From positions 28,429 through 92,428 of the forward strand of contig CANQSV010000004.1 of the NCBI GenBank assembly GCA_947626605.1: DNA of 64,000 nt, in the 5' to 3' direction. Made by a program: the position numbers and the translations under genes. The DNA comes from an uncultured Clostridia bacterium. GTDB taxonomy: Bacteria; Bacillota; Clostridia; TANB77; CAG-508. The stretch's first letter is position 1; every line of letters begins with the position of its first letter. The notes under the pieces are model-generated. The model did not search any database. It was not told the origin of the DNA and saw nothing but the letters and a program-made list of their open reading frames with translations. This document shows positions 19,526 to 27,036 of this stretch, one piece after another.

Positions 19526-20310
19526 TTAAGATTCCTCTATTAATTGTGCATGTATTACAAATCTATGTTTACTAGTAGCTCCACAAGTCGAAAATGTAAT
19601 AATAGGTAAATTCTCTTTTAAGTCAACTTGATAATCATAAATACTTCTACTTTCTAATTTTTTTAAAAATTTCATATAATCAGAATCATTAGAAAAATTA
19701 ATTTGAGTATAATATGTTTCGGCAGAAATTTTATAAGAAGAAAAAATCTTATAATGAAGTGTACCAGTTGGTGTATAAAAAGTAATTATTTGATTATCTT
19801 TATTTTGACACCAAGAAGTATCTAATGCATTTTTAACAGTACCAAACATACTACCATCTTTTCTATGATGACCATATAAAACTATATTCTTATCGGATCC
19901 ATCGAGTTTATTATTACAATCTGCAAATATCCAACCAGCAGAGTTATAAGATTTATCGAAAGAGTGGGTAAGATAAAAAGAATTATCATCAGATTGAACA
20001 ACAGGATAATCGATTTTAGAATTATTAACTTTTATCCAACCAACAGTATCAGAATTTTTTGCTAACAATTTTGAAAAATCAATAGACTTTACTTCTTTTT
20101 TTGTATTTTCATCTATTTTTAAAGTTTCCTCAAATGAAATACTAGAGCGAATATCTTTCATAAGCTCATTTGATTTTTGATTTTCAAGAAACCAAGTTAT
20201 TATATTATGAGAAGACCAAAAAAATGCAATTAACGATACCAATATCACCAAAAATGGCAGAAGAGGAACCGTTATTTGCTTTTTTTTAGGTGTATAGTTG
20301 TCATCTGACA
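19526..20310 (-). CDS. srtB: Class B sortase
   Basis: N-terminal TM, YGHH..., TLxTC-type active site (ITFSTCG) and a conserved Arg (RFVIHA). The likely start is the ATG at 20310 with a GGAGG RBS; the track start at 20323 is a TTG. Confidence 0.7.
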
Positions 20311-20386
20311 TAAAAACCTCCAAATTAAATATTTATAGATAAATTATACTAAACAAAAAAATAAAAGTAAATAAATATATAAGAAA

Positions 20387-20413
20387 AAGGCACATGCATT
20401 GCATGTGCCTTTG
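20387..20413 (-). terminator. Terminator aaaggcacatgcattgcatgtgccttt downstream of the ABC exporter
   Basis: Perfect 11-bp stem with a T-tract on the minus strand. Confidence 0.55.
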
Positions 20414-20417
20414 AAGA

Positions 20418-22115
20418 TTATCCTAAGTTAGCAAGTCTCCTGAACTTTTCACAATTCTGATAAAGTTCTGAGTAGGATCCACTAGCCACAACCTTACCAT
20501 CATCCATTACAAGAATGAGATCAGCATTTTTTAAACTGCTAATTCTATGTGCAATGAGAAGCATTGTGTGTCCACATTTTGCTGCGTTCTGGATAGAGTT
20601 GATTACGACTTCCTGAGATTCGCCATCAAGAGCTGAAGTGCTTTCATCCAAAAGAATGATTTTACCACCATGTAAAGGAATTCTAGCAAGAGCAAGACGC
20701 TGCTTTTGACCACCACTGAGCTTTCTGGGATCAATAAGAGTATCAAGACCGCCCTTTTCATGAACAAATTTATCAGCTGAACATTCCTTTAAACATTCCC
20801 ACATTGCTCCATCAGAAGCTTCAGGATTGGCAAGCAGAAGATTCTCTCTAATGCTCAGTGAAAACAAAAACGGCTGCTGAGATGCAATATTGATGCATCT
20901 ATGAAATGACCATTCATCTAAATCATAAAGAGAATAGCCATCAAGAATAATTTCGCCAGAACTAGGAGTGAGTTGTCTAGATAAAACTTTGAATAATGTA
21001 CTTTTTCCACAACCAGAGTCTCCAACTACCCCAATGAATTTACCAGCTGGTATCTCAACTGAAAGACCGTTTATTATGTTTGTGTTTTCAATTGTTACGT
21101 AGAGATCTTTGATGGAGATTGAACCAGATGGATTTGCTAGTTTCTGTTTTCCGAAAATTTCTTTCGTTACCCCTTGATATTTGAGAATTTCATCCATTCG
21201 TTTAGTACAAGTTTGATATTTGGGGATTTGTCTAGAAATTTCGAGAATACATCCAACCAATGATTCAACACGACCTTTGTACATAAAGAGAGCTACAAAA
21301 GGCTGAAATGCAAGATTACCATGCTGAACTAGCCAAATACCAAGAGCGATGAAAGAGAAGTTGTAGATGGCCAAAATCAAACGGGAGAATAATCTACCAG
21401 TAGTATCTAACAATTCTGCTTCTTCCTGCAATTGTACTTCATTAGATGAAGTTGACAAAAAGTGAGGCTTTAAGCCAGAGGTCAATCCCTGAGCTTTAAC
21501 GTCTTGGAATGCCTGAACAATTTCATACAGGAGTTGTTCACTGCTATCAGATGCATTAGCCGCTGCTTCTCTTTTCTTCCTTATAAGATTAACTCTGAAA
21601 ACTTGAATGAAGAAAATTATTATAAAGAAAACTGAGAAAAGCAGGAATATTTGCCAAGAGTATATAGCAGTATAAACTAATGCGGCGACTCCCTGAAGAA
21701 TACCGAAGCATTGCATGTAGATGTTATGCACGGTGTCTACAAAAGTGTTTCCTTCTCTGAGACGTTTCACAACACTTGCTGTCTCAAGATTACTTACAGA
21801 TTCGCTGCTGGCTTTTGCAAGAGCTTGCGCTAGTTTCAAGTGGAGTTTGCGAATTACATCACTTTTTACTCTAAGGAGAAACTTATCTGCAAGAAAGTTG
21901 GCAAAAGCAACTAAAAACAGCTCAATAACTAACAATTTAATCGCATAGGACGAAATGTCAGTTAAGGTTGAAGACTTGAGTTTATCTACAATCTGGCTAA
22001 GAACCAAAGTTGTGACAAAACTTCCTACAGTTGCAATTGTTGTGAAGATTGCAATGAGGAAAATCTTCCATTTGTGTTCCCGGAAATATCCGAGATAACC
22101 AAGATCTTTTTTCAA
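20418..22115 (-). CDS. Fused permease/ATPase ABC exporter (half-transporter), TTG start
   Basis: Six predicted TM helices followed by Walker A GDSGCGKST, signature LSGGQKQRLALAR and Walker B ILLDE. The gene is clearly GC-richer (about 40%) than the flanking DNA. Confidence 0.8.
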   Translation of the reverse strand: MKKDLGYLGYFREHKWKIFLIAIFTTIATVGSFVTTLVLSQIVDKLKSSTLTDISSYAIKLLVIELFLVAFANFLADKFLLRVKSDVIRKLHLKLAQALAKASSESVSNLETASVVKRLREGNTFVDTVHNIYMQCFGILQGVAALVYTAIYSWQIFLLFSVFFIIIFFIQVFRVNLIRKKREAAANASDSSEQLLYEIVQAFQDVKAQGLTSGLKPHFLSTSSNEVQLQEEAELLDTTGRLFSRLILAIYNFSFIALGIWLVQHGNLAFQPFVALFMYKGRVESLVGCILEISRQIPKYQTCTKRMDEILKYQGVTKEIFGKQKLANPSGSISIKDLYVTIENTNIINGLSVEIPAGKFIGVVGDSGCGKSTLFKVLSRQLTPSSGEIILDGYSLYDLDEWSFHRCINIASQQPFLFSLSIRENLLLANPEASDGAMWECLKECSADKFVHEKGGLDTLIDPRKLSGGQKQRLALARIPLHGGKIILLDESTSALDGESQEVVINSIQNAAKCGHTMLLIAHRISSLKNADLILVMDDGKVVASGSYSELYQNCEKFRRLANLG

Positions 22116-22318
22116 GCTGATCAGGCTCCTTTCCTAAAAATTTTTTTACAGAGCTGCCTAAGGGTATGTGCAAAAGTGGAAGCTAAGTAAAAAGGTTATT
22201 AATTAATTATACCATAATTTACATAAAATTGAAAGCCGCTTGATGATTAATAAATAAAAAAATACAATTTATATTGACATATACAAACATATGTTTTAAA
22301 ATTACATTGGTGATATTT

Positions 22319-23536
22319 ATGAATAGACAGATATTGCATATAGATGTTAATAATGCCTTTCTTAGTTGGACTGCTTTAGAAAGGTTAAAAAAAGGAGAAA
22401 CATTAGATATAAGAACAATACCAGCAATTATAGGTGGAGATGAAGAAAGAAGAGCTGGAGTTGTTCTGGCAAAAAGTATGAAAGCAAAAGCTTGTGGAGT
22501 TACTACAGGAGAGTCAATATACATGGCGAGAAGAAAATGCCCTAATTTACAAGTTTTTAAGGGGGATTATAAGTCATATAAAAAATATTCAAATGAATTA
22601 TATAATTTATTATTACAATATACAGATAAAATAGAAAGATATAGTATAGATGAATGCTTTATTGATTTAACAGAATATTTAATGAATGACACACTTTATA
22701 ATAAAGCTATTGAAATCAATAAAAGAGTAAGAGAAGAATTAGGTTTTACTGTTAATGTAGGAGTAGCTCATAATAAATTATTGGCAAAAATGGCATCTGA
22801 TTTTACTAAACCAGATAGAGTACATACTTTATTTGAAGAAGAAATACCAACTAAAATGTGGATTTTACCGGTATCAGAATTATTTATGTTAGGTAGAAAA
22901 ACGGTGCCAAAACTTTACAATATGGGAATAAAAACAATTGGGGATTTAGCTAATTCAGATGAGAAATATATAATAAAGAAATTTGGAAAACATGGAAAAT
23001 TAATGTGGGAATATGCAAATGGTATAGACAATTCGGAAGTAAATTATAAAGAAGAATTACCTAAAGGTGTAGGAAATTCAGTAACTTTACCTATAGATCT
23101 TTGTGATAAAGAAAAGATACAAGAAGTTATTCTTGCATTAGCAGAACAAGTAACATTTAGATTAAGAAAATATAATTTATTAGCAAATACAGTGTGCATT
23201 CAATTAAGAACAAGAGATTTTGAAGATTATTCACATCAAGGAAAGTTGGATACTGCAACGGCTAACACAAAAGATATATATAATAAAGCAAAAAAATTAT
23301 TAGAGGAAATGTATAAGAAAGGAACTTTTGTAAGATTAGTAGGGCTTAGAGTAGATAATTTAATTAGTAGAGATGAAATGCAATTATCTATATTTAATAA
23401 TACCAATTCTGAAAAACAAGAAAAATTGGACAAAACAATCGACAGTTTAAAAGAAAAATTTGGATATGGAACAATAACTAGAGCAGGAAATTTAAACAAG
23501 ACAAGGGGACGGAGGTTTTGTCTAGCAAAAAAGTAG
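22319..23536 (+). CDS. dinB: DNA polymerase IV (Y-family)
   Basis: ILHIDVNNAF, SIDECFIDLT and a little-finger domain. The last roughly 12 codons (NKTRGRRFCLAKK) are encoded by the repeat element at 23499-23525. Confidence 0.8.
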   Translation: MNRQILHIDVNNAFLSWTALERLKKGETLDIRTIPAIIGGDEERRAGVVLAKSMKAKACGVTTGESIYMARRKCPNLQVFKGDYKSYKKYSNELYNLLLQYTDKIERYSIDECFIDLTEYLMNDTLYNKAIEINKRVREELGFTVNVGVAHNKLLAKMASDFTKPDRVHTLFEEEIPTKMWILPVSELFMLGRKTVPKLYNMGIKTIGDLANSDEKYIIKKFGKHGKLMWEYANGIDNSEVNYKEELPKGVGNSVTLPIDLCDKEKIQEVILALAEQVTFRLRKYNLLANTVCIQLRTRDFEDYSHQGKLDTATANTKDIYNKAKKLLEEMYKKGTFVRLVGLRVDNLISRDEMQLSIFNNTNSEKQEKLDKTIDSLKEKFGYGTITRAGNLNKTRGRRFCLAKK

Positions 23537-23764
23537 AAGTGAATCATCTGAAAAACAAAAATATGAGGAAGGATGCAGAATAAATGTTCTGAATCTTTTA
23601 AGTTTTGACAGATAAACAATTATATGATAATAATTATATGATATGGGGCATAAATATTTTTAAGAATAGGAGAAACAAAAATGAACCGATTACCGAGAAA
23701 ATATATAGAGTTCATATTGTCATGCTATCATTCAAGGTACAAGACAAAATCCACGTCCCCTTGT
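23499..23764. repeat. Split copy of the palindromic element. The 5' half (agacaaggggacggagNNtttgtctag) and the 3' half (ggtNNaagacaaaaNcNNcgtccccttgt) are separated by a roughly 185-bp insertion
   Basis: Compare with the compact copy at 26182-26253. The shared atctgaaa marks where the extra DNA sits. Confidence 0.6.
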
Positions 23765-23788
23765 TTATAATGTATTGGAGGAAAATAA

Positions 23789-24283
23789 ATGGAGTATTTT
23801 GATGTGCTAGATGGAAAAAGAAATTTTATGAATAAGGTTTTACCAAGAGGAACAAAATTGAATTTAGGAGAATTTAATCAGGGATGTGAAGTTTATATAA
23901 TACTACATAACAATTCCATATTAATTACTCAAAGATGTGAATTAAAATCTCATCCTTTAATGTGGGAAGTTCCTGGAGGCTGTACTGTATCAGGAGAGAC
24001 AACATTAGATACAGCTGTAAGAGAAATAAATGAAGAAGTTGGACTAAATATTGATAGAAATCAATTTAAACTAATTGGAACAGAAATGTATAAATCCCAA
24101 TTTGTGGATATTTATATGGTAAAATTAGATAAAATAAATATAGCTGATTTAAAATTACAACCAGAAGAAGTAAAACAAGCTAAGATAGTTTCATTTACAA
24201 AATTAGAAGAAATGATAAAAAATAATCAAATTGTTACTTGTACTAAAAATGATTATTTATCAATAAAAACTAAACTGATATAA
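23789..24283 (+). CDS. NUDIX hydrolase
   Basis: Nudix box GGCTVSGETTLDTAVREINEEVGL (matching Gx5Ex7REUxEExGU); 164 aa; RBS GGAGG. Confidence 0.8.
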   Translation: MEYFDVLDGKRNFMNKVLPRGTKLNLGEFNQGCEVYIILHNNSILITQRCELKSHPLMWEVPGGCTVSGETTLDTAVREINEEVGLNIDRNQFKLIGTEMYKSQFVDIYMVKLDKINIADLKLQPEEVKQAKIVSFTKLEEMIKNNQIVTCTKNDYLSIKTKLI

Positions 24284-24313
24284 AATAAATTTTTATATCA
24301 GTTTAGTTTTTTG

Positions 24314-25117
24314 CTATTTAATAAATTTTAGTATTTGTATATTAAAATACAAGTTACCATTTATTTCTTTAAATGAATACTTTGGGTATATTTTCTTTAT
24401 ATGTTCTAAACTTTGAAATGTAACGCTATTTTCTTTTATAATTTTTGGAGTTTCTAAGACTATCTCTATCTTAGAATATCCTAATTTTTTTCCTATATTT
24501 TTTAAAGATTCCTCATTATTGGTTTGAATATTTGTGCCCAAGAAATCAAATAATAATATATATAATTCTCCATTATCATTAAGATGAATTATTGATTCTT
24601 TTAATATTCTCAATATAAAATATCTACCATCTTCTCCTCCCGAGTCATGTTTGCTTCCACTTAACATTGGCATTTGAGGTGGATTACTAAAAATAATATC
24701 AAATTTTTCATTTGATAATTTGTCATATAAATTACTTTCTATTGTTTCTATATTCTCAAGATTATTTTCGTTAATTAATAAATTTAACCAATCTATACAC
24801 TCTTTGTCGATATCAACAGCTTTAACGCTTTTTGCTCCACAATATAAGGAATGAATTGCTATAATACCTAATTGACCAGTTCCTAAATCTAGAATTTTTT
24901 TATCTTTTACAATATTGCTTATTATTTTTGAATAGATTAAACCAGATTTTGGAACATATCCATTAGATTTTATTTTTAATGAATAATTTACTTTCGGTGT
25001 TGAATATAGAAAATATTTTTCACCAATATATTCATTATTTAAAATATAAAAATCTTCAATTCCATTAAATGGGGAATATTTTTCTAATACATATTTATTA
25101 TTCATATCTTTCATCAT
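24314..25117 (-). CDS. Class I SAM-dependent methyltransferase of the amino-methyltransferase type (MTS / HemK-like) with an atypical NPPQ motif
   Basis: SAM motif I ILDLGTGQLG, an acidic residue after beta2 (VDID) and FSNPPQMP in place of (D/N)PP(Y/F). Confidence 0.65.
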   Translation of the reverse strand: MMKDMNNKYVLEKYSPFNGIEDFYILNNEYIGEKYFLYSTPKVNYSLKIKSNGYVPKSGLIYSKIISNIVKDKKILDLGTGQLGIIAIHSLYCGAKSVKAVDIDKECIDWLNLLINENNLENIETIESNLYDKLSNEKFDIIFSNPPQMPMLSGSKHDSGGEDGRYFILRILKESIIHLNDNGELYILLFDFLGTNIQTNNEESLKNIGKKLGYSKIEIVLETPKIIKENSVTFQSLEHIKKIYPKYSFKEINGNLYFNIQILKFIK

Positions 25118-25958
25118 CTCCTAAAAAAAGTGAATTTTTTTCTAGAACCATTGATATATAATTTGCATAACCTTTTTTTTGTAAAATATCTTCTAATTCA
25201 ACTATTGGAAATACTATTTTATTATGTTTTTGAAATGGTTCTTCTGCTATCACTAATAATTTTATCAATTGTAAATATTGACTATATAAAATTTTTTGTG
25301 AATATCCATATTCTCTAGCTAATAATTTGATTCGATTACTTTTCAAATCATTAATATTTTTGTAGTAATCTTTTTCGTTATGCAAACTGTATATAGTATC
25401 TGCACTGATAGGTCTTTCTTCTGGTAATAAAAATGCACTATATTCCTCATATACGCCTTCTCTAAAATAATGTAGAATATTAGTATTACTATCTAGAGTA
25501 ATTCCTTTTTCAAAGTCAACAATACTAATTTCTGCAGCTAAGTCATTAAATAGAATATTACGTGGAGCAAAATCATGCCAATAGAAATTTTCATCTAAGA
25601 TAAATTTCATAATACTATGTAAAACTTGTATGCCTAATTTTCTTGATTCTACTGAACGTAACATTATCTCAAGATTATTTCCTATACATTCTTCCATTAT
25701 TAAGATATTTTTTGAACAATCCCAAGTATATATTTCTGGAACTTTAATTTTATATTGTTTTTCATTTATTACGATACTATTTACTTGTGAAAGAAACTTT
25801 TTAGCTATTTTAATATTTTGGACTTCATTATTTACAGTTCTTTTCAAATATGCAATTTTATTATTATAATTTATCTGCATTACTTTATTTTTACTTAATG
25901 ATATAACCTCAATAATAATCTCATTCCTTTCTCTTTTAGATACGTCTGCGAAAATCAT
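25098..25958 (-). CDS. Atypical protein-kinase-like fold protein (RIO/Bud32/Kdo-kinase-like)
   Basis: Catalytic-loop-like WHDFAPRNILF and a DFG-like IVDFEKG. The gene overlaps the downstream MTase gene by 20 nt. Confidence 0.45.
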   Translation of the reverse strand: MIFADVSKRERNEIIIEVISLSKNKVMQINYNNKIAYLKRTVNNEVQNIKIAKKFLSQVNSIVINEKQYKIKVPEIYTWDCSKNILIMEECIGNNLEIMLRSVESRKLGIQVLHSIMKFILDENFYWHDFAPRNILFNDLAAEISIVDFEKGITLDSNTNILHYFREGVYEEYSAFLLPEERPISADTIYSLHNEKDYYKNINDLKSNRIKLLAREYGYSQKILYSQYLQLIKLLVIAEEPFQKHNKIVFPIVELEDILQKKGYANYISMVLEKNSLFLGDDERYE

Positions 25959-26181
25959 AGATATTTATTAAAAATTTTAATCTGATTTTGTTACCATATT
26001 TATGAATAGTTATCTCAAAAAAGTTTCAAATATTTCTCGAAGCGTTATTTTTAAGAAAATTTATTTTTATATTATTTTTTTAATCTTATTCCATTCTTTT
26101 AATAACAATAGCATTGTAACAAATTTCTATCAGAAAGTCAATTTATGTAAATTATTTTTGAAAATATAATAATAGACAGGT

Positions 26182-26253
26182 AGACAAGGGGACGGAGCAT
26201 TTGTCTAGTGGAAGAGATCTGAAAGGTGTAAGACAAAAACTCCGTCCCCTTGT
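26182..26253. repeat. Compact copy of the roughly 72-nt GC-rich palindromic element (terminator/attenuator-like), 109 nt upstream of the ABC ATPase gene
   Basis: Outer stem acaaggggacggag/ctccgtccccttgt (14 bp), inner stem tttgtct/agacaaa, then a U-rich tail. Confidence 0.6.
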
Positions 26254-26361
26254 ATTACTTTGTTTAATCTATTATTTAAAAAATTTTTTATTTAGTAACT
26301 TGGTAGTAACTTTGAACCTATATAATCTATTTATAAAATCTAAGAAAGGATTGAAGTTAAA

Positions 26362-27024
26362 ATGGAGATTTTAAAAGTAGATAATTTAACTAAGATTTAT
26401 GGAAAAGATTCAACTGAAGTTGTTGCTTTAGATCATGTTTCTTTTTCAGTAGAAAAAGGGGAGTTCGTTGCGATTGTTGGAGCTTCCGGAAGCGGAAAGT
26501 CAACTTTATTACATTTAATAGGAGGTGTAGATAGACCAACATCAGGCAAAGTATTTATAGATGGAAAAGATATATTTAGCTTTAATGACGATAAATTAGC
26601 AATATTTAGAAGAAGACAAATAGGATTAATTTATCAATTCTATAATTTAATACCTATTTTGAATGTAGAGGAAAATATTACATTACCATTAGAACTAGAT
26701 AATAGAACAGTAGATAGTTTTAAATTAACTGAGATGATAAATTTGTTAGGTTTGCAAAATAGAAGAAACCATTTGCCTAACGAATTATCTGGAGGTCAAC
26801 AACAAAGAACTAGTATAGGAAGAGCTTTAATTACAGATCCAACTATTATATTAGCAGATGAACCAACAGGAAATTTGGATTCAAAATCTAGCGATGAAAT
26901 AATGGCTTTATTAAAAAAATCAAATAAAGATTTTAAACAAACAATTATAATGATTACTCATAATATGGAAATTGCAAAATGCGCTGATAGAATTATAAAA
27001 ATCGAAGATGGAAAGATTGTTTAA
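26362..27024 (+). CDS. ABC transporter ATP-binding protein (MacB/LolD-like)
   Basis: Walker A GASGSGKST, LSGGQQQR and Walker B ILADEPT. Confidence 0.85.
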   Translation: MEILKVDNLTKIYGKDSTEVVALDHVSFSVEKGEFVAIVGASGSGKSTLLHLIGGVDRPTSGKVFIDGKDIFSFNDDKLAIFRRRQIGLIYQFYNLIPILNVEENITLPLELDNRTVDSFKLTEMINLLGLQNRRNHLPNELSGGQQQRTSIGRALITDPTIILADEPTGNLDSKSSDEIMALLKKSNKDFKQTIIMITHNMEIAKCADRIIKIEDGKIV

Positions 27025-27036
27025 GGAGGTGTAGAT

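Noticed and set aside
23605-23802. 65-aa ORF inside the 185-bp insertion that splits the palindromic element
   Set aside because: It has no RBS, and its end runs through the 3' half of the repeat and into the start of the NUDIX gene. Its composition is non-coding-like. This region more likely holds a promoter for the NUDIX gene.
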